From Vicugna vicugna (lineage: Eukaryota): DNA of 64,000 nucleotides. The notes beneath the pieces are model-generated. The model ran no database searches. It saw only the letters and a program-made list of their open reading frames with translations, and had not been told where the DNA came from. Both the position numbers and the translations under genes were made by a program. Below are positions 35,977 to 50,900 of this stretch, one piece after another (the stretch's first letter is position 1; the number at the start of each line of letters is the position of its first letter). The stretch lies in NCBI GenBank assembly GCA_013265495.1, contig MU058221.1:5688066-5752065 (forward strand), written 5' to 3'.

Positions 35977-38900
35977 GTAAAACCGGCTCCCGGGCCTTGG
36001 CAGTCGGACGTTTCCTAGTTACCGTGGTAACGAGACAGCCAGCACCCCCCCGCCTCCCGTTTTCTGAAAAGGCGACCAGAAAGTTGGCTTCTCATCTGAA
36101 GGTGCAGAAAACTAGACCTTGAAAGTCTTTGAAATGGTGCGTAGAGCGAGGTGTGTTTGGCCTAGAGCTGCCTGTGTTTGATAATGGGCTTAGGGCTGCT
36201 CAGACATGCTTGCTTATTGCCCGCGCTGTGCCTCTTTAGGGCTGTGCGATTATTTCTCCGAACCCGGAGCGTTGTTGTTAAGTTGGGCAAGTGGTTGACG
36301 TTTGAAATGGTGAAGAACTGAGCGCTATTGCTTGGAAGTGCTTTTAGTTGGGTTTTTTGTTGATTCCTCCTAATTTCTTCACCCAACTTCTTAAACTTTC
36401 AGACTTGTTAGAAGTGTGTGTAGAGGGAGGAGCTTAGTTCTCTTTAGCATATTAGGGTGGGTATTTGTCCGTATATGGTGGGTGAGGGCAGGAGTGGGTT
36501 CCTGGTTGACCACGATGAGTCTGTGGGTGGGTGTGGATATGACCATATATGGAGGGCTGGGGTGGAGCTGCTCCTTACTTGGTGTGTTGGAGGAATGGCT
36601 TCTAAATACTTCTTTTGGGTGTTTGCGGGGTGGGAGAGAAATAGGACCAAGTTTGGCTGGTGATTTTAAATCAGAATGACACACAGGACCTTTTTCAGTT
36701 AGATCTTTTCAAAAAGAAACAAATTCTGATCGTACTCCCTAATAGAAGTGTTAGTGTGAAAGGATTGTCTGGGAACTACCAGTGAGGAAGCCATTGTAGC
36801 AACAAAGACTCCTTTGTGTAGAAATAACTGAGAAAAGATCCCCAGCAAAGACTCCAAAGTGGTGATAACTTGAAGGAAGCTTGTCAGAACAGAAGAGCTT
36901 TCCATCCTGGGTAATGGATATGTTTCAATATCTTCACTTGGTCATTATCTTTCCTTTTTCTTGAAAACTACTCAAATAAGGGAAGCAAGTTTTTGCATTG
37001 GCAGTTGAATACATGTTGAGTTCTGAAACACTGTTCATTTGAGGACTTTCAAGGTGACAGTGCATGCCCAAACCAGTATTAGTCTGCAGAGGGTTGCGGG
37101 AAAAGGATGTGTGGTCATATATTTTTAAAGCTTCCATAGTGTGCTTAATCTTCACGTTGAAAAGGAGTGACCATTGAGTACTTAACCACGTGCCAGGCAT
37201 CATGCTGAACACTTCACAGCCGTAATCTTATTTAATCCTTCCAGCACTTCTTTGGGAGTTGGTACTAATGTTCCCCATTTTACAGACAAAAATATTGGAG
37301 CCGGGAGAGATTATCTTGCCCAAGGCCACATAGCTAGGAATTGGCATGGCCTGTGTTCTAAACCAGAAAGTTTTGACCCTTGAGCCCACCCTCTTCATCA
37401 CCATGCTCCCTGATCAAAGGCTTCGCCACCAAAGGACTCCTGTCATACACTGAAGTTTGGGTTCACACCTAGCAAGCCGGGTTTTGATGTTCACAGAAAG
37501 AATGTAGTGTGGTGCAGGGATGGCCAGCCTCTTTGCTTTAGGCTAGTAACCTTCCTCAGTAGAATTGGCTTTGTGTACTAGATTTCAATCATACTTGTTG
37601 TGGTTGATTTCATCAGCCAAGTAAAATTTTCTCTGGTGTATTTGTTTTTATCTGATTTGAATGGAAACACGATTAAGCTTTACAGTCTTTAGTTCCTTGG
37701 CAGATGATGAGAGACTAGGTGTTCCCTTTCCTAACAGTGATTGCAGACCTGTTGGGTTAGGAAGGCAATCTAAGAGGTCCTTTATGTGTATTCTTTTTAA
37801 TCTCCACATCTCCCCCACCCCCAGTCTTTTTGAAGGGGTGGTGATTTCTTCATTTGCGGAATGAAGAAATAGGTTTAGGAAAAGGAGACTTGTCCAGACT
37901 TGCATAGTGAGCTACTAAGTGACGAGGGAGCATTTGAATCTAGGTTTGGCTGTGTGTCTCTTCCATTGTGCCAATGCACCTAACCCAGAGACAATGGGGA
38001 TTTTAATTCAGGAACAGTTTTGACTGTGTTGGATTTTTTGCTTTACCTGCAGACTTTACAACTCAACCCTCATGTAAGAAATCTACTCAGTTCCTCTTTT
38101 TTAATCTTTATTGCTGAGTAACAGATCAAGTAATTGGTGTAAGTTTAGGGACGTGTTGTAGTGGCAAAAACATGAAATACCGAAACCAGTTGTGTTTGGT
38201 GAGATGCAGGCAGGAAATAAGATCATGCTGAAGACCTGGGCTTAGGGGTATTGAATTTTGGGGAGAGGGTTGGGACTGAGGGCTATGATGAACATAAATG
38301 AATAAAATTCAAGCAGTGTGCAACTGTTTTAGCACTGGTAGAAGTACAGGTCTGTCTGGACTGATCTGCTTCCTTAGTTGAGGATGATGTTAATGATGCC
38401 AGGTCTTGTTAACTTTGTTTCATCTGGAGAAAGACTTGGTAACAAAGTCAGTCACTCAGATACAGTGTGTTTAGTAGTTGATTACAAAGGAGTTAGGTAA
38501 AGACATAATAACAAATACTTGTTATGCAGCAAATACTTTTATTTAGTCCTCACAAAAATCCTAGATGGTAAACCACATTTTTTAATGTTAGAAATTGAAG
38601 CTTAAAGAAGTAACTTGCCCAAGTTTGTCTCCAGATCTTAAACACTAGGCTTCAGTATTCAGGTAGAGTGAGATTAAAGCATTCTATTTTGCTGGCTTCT
38701 GGATCCCCAGCACTGAGAACATTGTGTTGACATGTAGTGTTGGCTAAAATATTTGAACAAATAAGTGAAGGAATCATAAAATTATTACTTCTGTATAGAA
38801 AAGCAATTTAGAAATAATCTACTGATGGAGCAGTGACATTCTCTTTACTCGGAGTAACAACAGATCTTAATTAGGTGTGATTAGAAAGACTTCTTCATCC

Positions 38901-41900
38901 TTATTTTTATCCTACTCTCTTTTCCTTGAGTGTGAGGCAGATCGCTCCCTAACTGGCTTTGTTCATTATGCCTGCAGGGGATGCTCTCCTTCCCCAACTT
39001 GTTTGTCTGGAACTTTCCCTTCCCTTGAACCTGCATTTTCATTGGGTCTTCTGCCTCTTCTTAGTTCTTAGGGGTGCCTTTATCAGATGAGTAGTACTTG
39101 CTATCTGTCTGTACCATTTTGTGCTGTTAAAGCCCTTTTTGGCAATTGGATGCTTTGACCAATGCCTAATCTTCTCATCCTTGCCTGGAGACAAAACTTG
39201 AATGTTGGTGGATTCTGTTGCCAGTCAAATCATGTAAAATGAGAAACTCTTAGCACAGTATAATGAAAAAAAAAAAAACTGTTCATCCCTATAATTGAAT
39301 GCTAGACTTTGGGATTTTAGACGAGCATTTTCCTTAGGTGTAAGAAGACATAAATAGAAGCATAATGAATTAATTTCCTAATTTGTGGACTAGTGAAGTA
39401 AGTGGTATCCTGCATTGTAATTCTGAACATAGAGTAGATGTGGCACTAAAAACTTGGTTAAAAATCATGCCATTGTGTAAGTGCTACTTGGAAACATTTT
39501 ACTTGGCCATTCTGATGGTTTACATAATTGTTATATCCAGGTAAGATTAGTGTATACTAAGAGTGGGAGGTTTTGAGATCAGCTTGATTAGATAATTTTA
39601 ATTCATGTGTCTTGAAGAGATTTTATGTTGGGGAAAAATAGCTTGAAATAATTAATTTGAAATATCCAACATCTGGTCAAGGTATTTGATAGGCTAATGG
39701 GCACATGTTTACAAAATGTCCTATTAAAAAATAGGAAGTTTGGGAATTATAGGTAGTTAATTATAATTTTTAGACTTTTTTCTGGGCTTTGGAGTCAGAC
39801 AGCATAAATAACATCCCCTTTGTGGACCAAGGGATTGTGGAAGGAAGAACACAGTTTGGAATGAGAACTAGTTGTATCTGTCAGCTTGCAGGAGCTTGGT
39901 CAAATCACTTTCATTTTCCCTGAATTTGAATTCTTATTGGTGAGTTTTTTAATAGAAATTTCTGCAGAAGAGGCTTTTCTGAGGGGGATGGGTATCCTTA
40001 TGTATAGAGCTTCAGACCTCAAGGCACAAATGAAAGACATGTGGTTATGATAGATAGGAAACTTTGTTATAATAGGAAACTTTTGAAAGAATATTGAAGA
40101 AAGCTCACAACTTGTTGGTTTCCTTACATTTTTAAAAAAGTCAGGTTTTTAAATGTGAATTTTTGACCAACACAACCTAATACTTGAAAGTCATAAATTA
40201 ATTTATTTTTAAAGAGCTAAATTTAATTTCCAGATCACTCAAAGATTGAGATATAAAGAGGAACCTTGTCTAAATTTTGGTTTAGGGTTGATCATAAGCT
40301 TTATAGATGGTGATATGATAAGAACTGTGGTATTACTTCAGTTTTGGGAAACCACTTCAGATCTTAGATTGCTTTTTCTTCTTGAATGAGTGTTAGATAA
40401 TCACATTGAAGTTCTCTGCCACATTCCTAAGTGAAGAAGTAATACCCTGATAAATTAAGATTAGAATTACCATGAAGGTCTTAAAACACCTGGTCTTCTT
40501 ACCAGATATTTAACAGACATCACCTTTAAAGTCTACCTAACAGTTCAATGAAGGATAGATGTTATTACTTTGATTTTGAAGCTACCAAAACGCAAAATTC
40601 AGAGAGCTTAGATTTAAGCAAGGGTTCTTAACATTGGTACAGTTAATTGATTTCCTTTGTAATCCTGCGTATTTTGTTTTATACATATAAAATCATTCTA
40701 AGAAAGCTTCAACATAGCTGGCATTCAAACCCAGAGCGCTCTGGTTCTGAAGTTTGTAGATGTGCATTCCTCTTACACTACAGTGATGGGGCAACTCATC
40801 CAAAGCTAAGTTGGGTTTGAGGTTGATGTGATGTGGGGCAGAAAGATAGGGGAGATGTCAGATGACCTGGATCCTGTGGCTAAGTAAACAGAAAGGAAAA
40901 CAGGTAGTCTCTGAACACCTCTGTGAGGGACCATTTGGTTGGTCATGATGGTGGAGGAATACATAGAACCAAGGAGAGAGTACACAAGGCCTTGTCACAT
41001 AGTAGGTGCTTCCACATTTGCACTGTCTGTAATAACTGCAAGGTTAAAAGCCTGCCATACCAAGAAGATAGGCAGCTTCTCAGAGGAGGTTTCCTGGGAA
41101 ATTAGGGGTGCACATTTTGTGGTTGGGGGAGGATAGGATGGGTCTTTAAATTTCATTGATTTTAAAAATTTATATTCTATACCCATAAAATTGGAAAGGT
41201 TTGGGATTGTGGCTAGTGGTATACCAGTTGGGAAATTCGTGCCTTCCAAATGGATGAGGAAAATGAAAGAGCCCAATTCAGATAGAAATTTATTCATTCA
41301 GCAAGTGTTTGAGTACTGACTAGGGCCTGGAGATCAGTGAAATGCAATGGTAAGTAAACGCAGACACAGACTTTGGCCCGTTAGAATTTATAATATGTCA
41401 ATCAGCTAACCACAAATAAATAATTCAAAATGTGGATAAGTGCGAGGAAGGAAAAGTACAGAGTTTTGCCAACAATTAGCAAGGGATTTCTCTTCGGAGG
41501 GAAAGGGGTTTTTCAGTAAGGGAAGGCTTTGAGAAAGGAGTTTTGAATTGGGTTCTGACAGATGAATGGAAATTTTTTTTTTAAGAGAAAGTTAAAGGTT
41601 GGAAAGGGAGCTATGATTGTCTATGAAATTATAAAGTCTTGATAGATTTATTAACTAATTCTTTGAAACCAAAAATGAGAGACCTCTCTAGTAAGTGGAG
41701 GGCTTTTAAATAAAATAAAAATAATGATTTTTACGCTGAATATTGAGCGTATGTCAGTTATTGAGTTGTATGTCAGTTAAAATATAAAAAACATTTTAAA
41801 AGATTTAGAATAAATTAAGGGATGTCATATTCATAATAGGTTAAGGAAGCTAAGGTATTTTGGTACATTCATATGACCTTTAAGGTTTTGTGACCGATTC

Positions 41901-44900
41901 CTACTTCTGAGTTACTGTCAGAGATCCACTTTTGGACTGAACTCCGTTTATGTCTTAAAATAGTTATACAAATTGAATGAGTTTTAACTTTAGGATTAAA
42001 AGGTATTTTGTGGATTAGAAGCAGAAAACTTCATAGTTACTTGGGAAAATTGTATTTCAAAGGTAGTTTAATTTTCATATAAGATCCTAGAGGTAGTTTT
42101 AGAAAACTCGGGTTGTTTATCAATTCCTTGTTTCTATGTGTAGTTAAGTTGTCTTAGATTTCAAACTCTGGGGTAAATGTCCTGGTTTATTCAAATCAAA
42201 ATTATTGACAGAGTACTTTGTGTTAAGTCCTACTGCTGCCCAAGGGACACAAAAGCTGGCAGTGGATTGTGTTGGGGAGGGGGTCATCTTAAACTCACCG
42301 ACAGTGTCAACATTGAATTACAATGCCACGTGCGGTAAGTACTTTTGGTTTCAGATTTCTGTCTTTCAGTTGTCAAAGCTCTGAGGTCCAGTTAACACAT
42401 GCAGAAACCTTCTACATGGGGTTCTTTTCTGTTAGAGCTTCCCAGAGGTTACTTTGAGGACAGAGGCTGGCCTCCAGATCCTTTGACTTCTGTTTCCCAA
42501 AGTGGCTTGGAGGCCAAAGCTTGGTGTTCAGACTAATGTATCTGGTTAGTTTATTGTGGGCTGTGAAGGAGAAGTCAGAGAGGAGGAGTGAGGGCCAGCG
42601 CTTTCCCATAAAAGATTCGAATAGGTTGATAAGGTTCAGTTCCACCTGGGCATTTTTCTTGTTTATTTTTGTTAATCAAGCCTGCTTTTGTTCAATTCTG
42701 TTTGTCTAGGTGTGTGTGGAGTTTGATGGGGAATCTTGGAGGAAACGAAGATGGTTAGAGGTCTACAGCCTTCAAAGGAGAGCCTTTTTAGTAGAACACA
42801 ACTTGGTTTTGGCTGAACGAAAATCTCCAGAAATTGCTGAGCGAATTGTTCAGTGGCCTGCAATAGTGAGTAACACTTGGACTTACTGAACCCCTGGGAA
42901 GAGGGCATTTCATCCGTTACAGATGAAACAGGGAAAATCTATATGTAATGCTTATATTTGGCCCTCTGTAAAATAGTAGTACAGAGATACGAAATGTGGA
43001 AGAGCCAGAAAAACACCCAGAATCTCCTGTCAGCCCTTCTGGGAGCCCTGCAGCTCTGGACCCTTGACTTTCTTGGGCCTCAGTTTCTTCACTTGAAGAG
43101 TCTGGGTGGAAGTAATGTGGGGAATGTCTGGGTCAGAGGTTAGAAACCAGCAGATGTGTATAGACATACAGATCTTTTTGGCTTGATCCTCACAGTGTTT
43201 TAAGAAAATCTGAATTAGTTGTCTACTTTACTTCAAAATCTAGATTTCTAGTTTTTCTTGGAAAAACTGCAAGATAGGGCAACACTGGAGCCTTGCAGCG
43301 CTTCCTTATGGTGACAATAGGCTGAAACTGAGTAGTCGCTGTTGCCCAGTCCCTGGGAGGGTTTCCACTTTCTGTCTCATGATCTTTAAGATTCCCTCTG
43401 GCTCGTATAATTCTTTGGCTTTAAAGATACTGGCAGTCAGTATACGATTGTGCCATTTTTACACATAAGTCTGGTGCAGTTAAAGGAAAAGAGTAATCAC
43501 TATGTCTGGCGAGGACAGTTCAGGCTGTTTGAGACATGAGCTGGGGCCTGAAGGAGGAAGGGCCTGGTGTGCATAATTGGAAAGGCCAGGAGGATGACTG
43601 AGGCTGACAGCTTGTGAAGGGCTTTGTGTGCTCTGCTGGCAGAGTTTAGATTTTGCCCATGGGTAAGAAGAGCTGCTGGAGGTTTTTGAGTGATGTCGGG
43701 TCCTGTTTAAAGTTGTATTTTGCCCTTTGTATTTTTCCCCAGCTATTAACCGTTGGCTAAAAACGTGACCCTGTCTCCCCAGAAAAATGCACTGAAACAA
43801 TATTTCACGTAAACTTGGGGGAAGCCATACATACATCTGTGGACCCAGACCTTTATGTTAGTGACTCCCAAATTTGTATCTGTTTTAAATTATTGATTCT
43901 GGGTAAAAATTATGTGGTCTTACTGTGGTTGCATAAATAGTTATTATTGAGATTCTGGTAGTAAATAAAAAACTGTATGGCTTCATCTCTTTCTGTGTGT
44001 ATGGAAAATTGCCGGTCCCCATTTTCAGAATTATGCTGACAGCAGTTACAATGACAAAACTCTATCTTTTGTTTCAGATGTACAAATCTCTGTTGGACAA
44101 AGCTGGTTTGGGATCCGTAACATCTATTCGCTTTTTAGGAGATCAACAAAGAGTATTTCTTTCAAAAGAACTTTTGAAGCCTATACAGGTAAAATGTAGA
44201 GACAATATTAAACCCCCCAAATAGAGATACAGACTCCTTTAATATGAACTAAAATATTGAGGTTGATTGGTCTAATTGAGATAGCTAATGGAGAGAAGGC
44301 CTCATCTCATCAGCAGTGAAGTTGCTAGACATCATTGCTCAGTGTTAGCCATCGTGTTGGTGCTGTTTATTGGGGCTGGGAAGATAAAGGTACTGCAGTT
44401 GATGGTGTGTGTGGGTATAGACACACCTAGGAGATGTGAAAGTAATTTTAAACAGATTGACTGTCTCTTTATATACTTATATATGTCAGTCCTCATTATT
44501 TAAGGATTCTATATTTGGGAATTTGCTTGCTTGCCAGATATATTTGTAACCCCCAAATCAGTACTTTGGTGCTTTCATGGTCATTCACAGACATGTGCAG
44601 AGTTTGAGTTGTCTGACACATGTTCCCACGTGGGGTCGAATAAGGTGACATTCTGCCTTCTTGTTTCATCTCTTCTACTGTAAACACGTGTCCTCTTTGA
44701 GCTCTGTGTAGTGCTGAATTTTTTGCTTGTTTGTGATTTCACTGTTTAAAATCACCACCAAGGGTAGTGGTGAAGGCTGTGTAGTGCTCTTAAGTGCTGT
44801 GTTGTGTCTTAGGGAGAATCTACACGTGTTAGATAAGTTTCATTCAGCCATAACGTACAGTGGCTGTGAATTCAAGGTTAATAATACAGCAGTGTATACT

Positions 44901-47900
44901 AAATAATGTGTCTTTCAAAAGAAATATGTAAAAGAAGGTTATAGATTAATCGGTTGGTGAAAATGTTGTGATCAGAGGCTTGAAGGGACCCCATCTTTCC
45001 CCTAGGAGCAGTGGCTCAGTGTTCACTAATTCAGTGTTTGTGGTTCTGTTAAGAACATAATTACCACAAACAATGCACATTGAATGTGCGTGTGTATTCT
45101 TATTCTTTCCAGTTAGCTTGCAAAACTCTCATCTTTTTCTTCACAACATTTAGGCTCTTGGGTAATGCTCATATGTATGGTATGCTGGGTATGCTCACGT
45201 AATAAAGGATTTTTTCCTTTCTTATAAAGATGTTGAGAGAGAGGAGCACACACATTATCTCTGCAGATCACTACCTTGGGAACAGTGTTGGTGTTAGAAT
45301 AACATTCGTCTTTTAGATATCATGTGAAGCTTAATAATCCCCTTTACCCACTTCTGTTTTGCGACCTAACTTGTATGGCCTGTGGAACAATTAAGCCAGT
45401 CTGTTTGCTAAAAGGCAGTTTAGGGCTGTGATCAATGCCATTGCTGGGCCTGTGTGGGAAAACCCAAAACACTGGCTTTTCCCTACTTAAGCCTTTTACT
45501 CCCATACCTGGAAGTGAGTGAAAACAAGATTCACACTCTGACCCTTACTTTCTAGTGTTTAAGTACACGCAACAGAGGACGGTGCTTGTATTTAATTGCA
45601 GACACAAGTTACTTTCATGTGTCAGGTAGGCATCTTGATATTTTTCCTGCCTTAAACAGAAGAATAATGGCTCTTAAGGACCAAGGAATATTATACGGGA
45701 GGGGCCGTGGGTATCTGCTTTACTGAGCGGGAGGGTGGTTTTTGCTTCTTAGCGTTGTTTTCAGGACAGTTCTGTTTTCCAGCTTTCACGTGTCTAACCT
45801 TTTCAGTTAAAGCAGAACTCCATTTTGTTTCTTGAGATTGAAAAGATGAGTTAGGTTTTCCTTTTTTTCTCAGGGAGACTCACTGTGTGCTATCAGTGTC
45901 AGTGTTATTAGTGTAATAGTAATTGAGGGAGACTACGGTGTGTGCTCTTGACTTCTACTGATGATAATAGTGTCCAAAGTTGAATGCTTTAGGGCATTCT
46001 CTTGTAGATGTGGGTGATGACGTAAGGCTTCTGCTGTATGAAACTGTGTTGGATGATGTGGTTACAACAGTAGGATGCTTGCCCTAAATAATGAATGGAG
46101 GATCTGAAAATCATTTGGCATATGCAGAAGTTGAAATTGAAATGTAAGGTCTGTCTTTTGGATTGAATTTGTCTCAGTTAGTTGTGGGTAAGAAAAAAAA
46201 GACAAAGTATGCAGGTCAGTTATCTGGTACTTTTGATGAGCTAAAACTCTTCTAGGCAGAGTAAAATTATCCTACGTTATTTGAGAACCATTTGTGCCTC
46301 TCCCCATTAACGTATTATTTTTTCTAATAGTAGGAACTGGAGAACACATTTAAATTTTTTGAAATTGCAGTAGCATGAGAAAAAGAAGCACATGGCCCTT
46401 TCTGGTAATTAATGTACTTCCCAATGGGAGAAATGGATAAACTGTTTTTGGCCACGATGTATTCATTTCACAGTGGCAGAAAAGCACGAAGGCCCGATAT
46501 TGGAAGGGCTTCAGTGCTACATAGTTTGGGTTGGGTAGGTTACTCCTATTGACAGTTTCTGTGTACATTTATTATAACTGAGTGTACACACAAAGCCAGA
46601 ACACTTGGAATAGTGCCAAACATAGAGCTGCCGAGAATTGGCTTGCTGAAGATTTAGGCTATTCATTCAGATTTTGTTCCCCTCACCCCCTTTACCATTT
46701 ATAAAGAAGAATGCATTTGGAATTCTTGTTAGGTTAAATGAATCTGGGTGGAATGATTTGTTTGTTAAAAACAGCAATTTCAGTGAATTGACACAATGAA
46801 TCTGTGTGTTTTTGTGTATGTGTCTTTTGCCCCTTACATTTGGAGCTATAATTTCCTAATCCCTGGAGTCTGGGTTACTGAGTATTTTTAACATGAGTTG
46901 ACTACCTAGTTGGTTTGCTTATTACATTTCCCGTAGCCTAAGTTGTGTCATATTTAAAATTATGCTTTGAGCTGCTCTTTGTATCTGTCATGCTCTTGGC
47001 TTGGGGCGACTTCACTTCCTGTCTGCCTTATACCTGCGATCATTTGATGGTTTTCTGCTGTTTGACCTGTCCAGTTCATTGGAGTTGCAATGGCTTGGTG
47101 CCGTTAAATGGCTAGTTTACACTACTTTAATCCCTCTGATTAAACTGATTGAAATAATCCACTGGAATTTAAACAGCTCTTCTTGCCACCTTAAAATGTA
47201 ATGATCTGCTGTTTTTCAGGATGTAAACAATCTTCGACTTTCCCTTATGGATAATCAGAATGTCAGTAAGGAATTTCAAGCTTTAATTGTGAAGCATTTG
47301 GATGAAAGCCATCTTCTACAAGGTACGTGGATTATCTGTTGGTTCCTGAGTTAACCAGTAATTAGTTTTAAGAAGCTGTGTTCCAGCCTTTCTCACTCAT
47401 TTGCTCATTAAATTTCTAGTATTGTAGAAATTCTTTAGAAATTCCTTTGCTGCTTTTTGCATGCAACTAGATGATTAGAGGCCTTTATATATTTTATAAT
47501 ATATTCTAAAACCTCTGAAATTTGGAAAAGTCAGGGACTATGTGAAAACTATAAAAGTAAAGTAGATATTTTAAAAGTTCAGTGATATTTTGACATGGAA
47601 TTTGGTATGTTTGGAATGTCAGTCTTGTAAAATTGATGAAACATTGATTTGGTAACCCTGATTTTGCCATTTACTGCTACTGATTTTCTTGGTCGATTTC
47701 ACAATGGTAAGCATTTTATCAGACTTCAGTAGCTCTACTAAGGCGCCTGAATTTGGATCCTCTGAAACTCTGCATAGGAGAGTGAGTTAGGTCTCAATGA
47801 GTTGTCTCACACTATGTGGTCTGATACAAATGCTAGAATAAGTATATTGCAACTCTTAGATGAATCAATAGGAAAATAAAGCTTTAAAACTAGTTTTCCT

Positions 47901-50900
47901 GAAATGTCTGTCTTGTGTTTATGGCAGAATCTTTTAATGTTTACTTTTGCCTACTGCATTTTTTTTTTTAAGCCTTGGGGAAAGATTATCCTGGATAATG
48001 GTGCTGTTGGGAGACAATGCAAATTTCTCTAAGGATTTTCTTTTTTTAAGGTGACAAAAACTTGGTTGGTTCTGAAGTAAAAATCTATAGCTTGGACCCA
48101 TCTACTCAATGGTTTTCTGCAACCATTGTAAATGGAAACCCAACATCAAAAACTCTTCAAGTCAACTGTGAGGAGGTAAATAAGATGATAATTGCATGTG
48201 AGATAACTCAAAAGGGGAAGATAATTATAAAAAGGAGTTATAGTATCTTATAGGAGCTAAATATATTTCTTGTTTTATAGTAAAATATCAGAGTAGAAAG
48301 AGACACCATAATTATTTTAAAAAGAAATTATGCGTAAGAAGCCCTATTGTTATGTTAATAGAGGTAATGTCTGGTACATTCGTAAGCATTTTAAAATTTC
48401 CCAACGTCTGTGTTTTACTTGTTTGTTTTGAAGATTCCAGCACTGAAAATTGTGGACCCATCACTGATTCATGTTGAAGTTGTACATGATAACTTTGTGA
48501 CTTGTGGTAAGATACACTGTTTGATTAAAATCTTTGTTCTCCTTTTCCCTTTATCCTTCTCACATTAAGAAAAACAGGGAAGTCAACTTAACCTATTTTT
48601 AAATACTTTAGGTAATTCTACAAGAATTGGAGCTGTGAAACGCAAGTCTTCTGAGAATAATGGAAGCCTGGTTTCCAAACAAGCAAAATCTTGCTCGGAG
48701 GTAGCCTTGATTTTTTTTTGTCACTTGTGTAAAGCTTTCTCTAGTTCTCACAGTGCATGACCAGTTTGTTTAGTGGTTACAAAGCTGTCTTCTCTGCCCT
48801 TCTGTGCTGTCATGTCTGCTCTTTGTTAGTCCCAGGTCTTGGCCATAATTTCTATACTCAAGCAGATGGAGATAATATAAGTTTCTGGTTCACTGTTCTT
48901 ATAAAAAATGTTTTATTTTTTGATGTCTGCTGAAAATTCTCAATAGATTTGACAATTTCACCATACAGAGGTATTTTTGAAGGTAAATTGAGTTGTATAT
49001 AATAAAATTGGAAGAATGCTTGGCATGAGAAGAGGGGAGGAAACCTAGAATTCTGAGTAGATTTGGTGTTGAAATAGGACTCACACCTCAATAATAGAGA
49101 CGTTTGATTGGTCGTTTACCATTGGGTGAACAGACATACCCCCTTTTTGAAGGAAGTGGTTGGTTTGCCGTTACTAATTTCTGCCTAGGAAAGTGCAGGC
49201 TTCTGTGAGTGGCACTATTGAGTTCAAGTACTGAATTTAATCCTATTCTGAAATAGTTAGGATTTGGATCGAGAAACTTAGGCTGTAATCCTTTCCCTCT
49301 CCTCTGTGTTGTAGAGAAACTGGCCTTTAGCTTTTCAAGTACCTGGTGCTTTCTCCAACCTCCTTTCTCTTCTCTCTGATTAGCTCCCATTTACCTTTTT
49401 AATGTGGTGCTGCTTCCTTGGGGGAGCGACACCTAACATCTCTACCATCATTTCAACCTATACCCCAGACTAGGTCAAGGTCCCTGTATTATGCTTTGTG
49501 TTTGCTAGCAGCTGTCTTCATAACATCACAGTGTACACAATGGGGACAAGTTTATTCAAAATGCCCAAAGAATTGAGCTAGACAGACTAACCTAATGAGT
49601 GAAGAGAGGGCTGGGATAAACTTCTCGAGGTGAAACAAATGCTGGGATAAACTTCTCAAGGTGATACAAATGACAGGGTCAATTTTTGAAGTCTAGGGGG
49701 AAGAAAAAGAAACTTAAGGCTGTTTCTTAGGTGAGTTGAATCCTTAGGTTCTGTTACAGTACAAATAACTTTCTCACAACTTAGGTACCCAAGTGTGTTT
49801 GTGTTACATGGATAGTTTACTGTGTTATAATTGTCAAAAACACTTCTATGATTGATGCTCTGCTCCAGGCTGGAGTTTAGAATTTTAAAATTGACCAAGT
49901 TGATACTGTTAAGATAGTTGGCAGGATTTTGAATGAATGAATGAATGAATGAATGAATTCATTAATTTTTTAAATGTTGGCAGCATTTTAGAGGGCACTT
50001 TGGGGTCTGGAGGAGCAAGGCAAGGAGTGACGGCATGGGAGTGGGTCAGGGTCAATTAATGAATCTAAGGTTCTGGATCGGGGCGGACTGGCCTGCAACA
50101 TGAACTAGAACCAAAGCAAGCACATGCTACACAGACACTTGAGAACCTGGGCAACTAGGATGACTGGCTTTCCTGAGTCTTAAGTCTATGGAAGGACAAC
50201 AGGAGCTTTGACACTTGGTCAGAAACTTCATAAACCAAGGTATCTAATTCCTCTGTCTTCCTTCCAACTGTGTAGCCTGACCTCAGGTGGTTCAGGAAAG
50301 AATGAAGAGGTAATTATGGAAATTAGTGTTAACTACCTTTCATTTTTGCCTTATAGTTTACAAGGGGGAAGTAATGTAGTAAGGACTGTACATTAAGGAT
50401 GTTGAGCAAGTGATTATTGCATTTTAGAGAAAAGCTCACAGGATGTATTGTTAAGTAATCCATAGTATTAGACGCTGAAAGAGACACAGTAGAATTATAA
50501 CCTGTCAGATTTTGACATTGGATAAATGGTTAGTGATCTTGGGTAGAGGTAATAAAGGGCAGTTTGGAGAATTTGGTTGGGTGTTGCCTATCATGGAGAA
50601 TGCATCAGTGTAGTCAGTGAGATGAAGAGGTGAGCCGCACGGTGCCATGTCGGGGGATAGGAAACGGCATCCTGGTGGATCGTGGAGGGATCTATCTGGG
50701 GTACAAGCAGAACTGGGTCAGTGGGGACCTCCTGTTGGGGAAGGTACCACTTCTTCAAAGTATCAGGCTTGTCAGTGATGTGATAGGTAATTGAGCAACT
50801 AAATGTATAACCTTAAAGGAGTTGCCTGTAAAATACGCTAATATACACATACACAAGTGGTCCTCTCTCACTGACTCATGTTCTTGAAGGGCTGGGAGCA

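Larger units (their letters stand above)
34420..36280. promoter_or_regulatory. CpG island / KDM3A promoter
   Basis: Abrupt rise in GC and CpG density against the CpG-depleted flanks; spans the first exon, first intron and ATG exon. Confidence 0.93.

Noticed and set aside
34377..36122. Long overlapping Pro/Arg/Gly-rich ORFs (228, 231, 198 aa and others) on both strands
   Set aside because: Expected stop-codon depletion in a CpG island; only 35791-35976 is real KDM3A coding sequence.
44078..44080. ATG at the start of exon 4 as an alternative start codon
   Set aside because: It is an internal Met115 in the continuous frame, with no promoter-like sequence nearby.
46014..46107. Possible intronic C/D-box snoRNA (GTGATGA ... 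CTGA)
   Set aside because: No convincing terminal stem and no rRNA or snRNA antisense element that I can recognise; chance motifs are likely.
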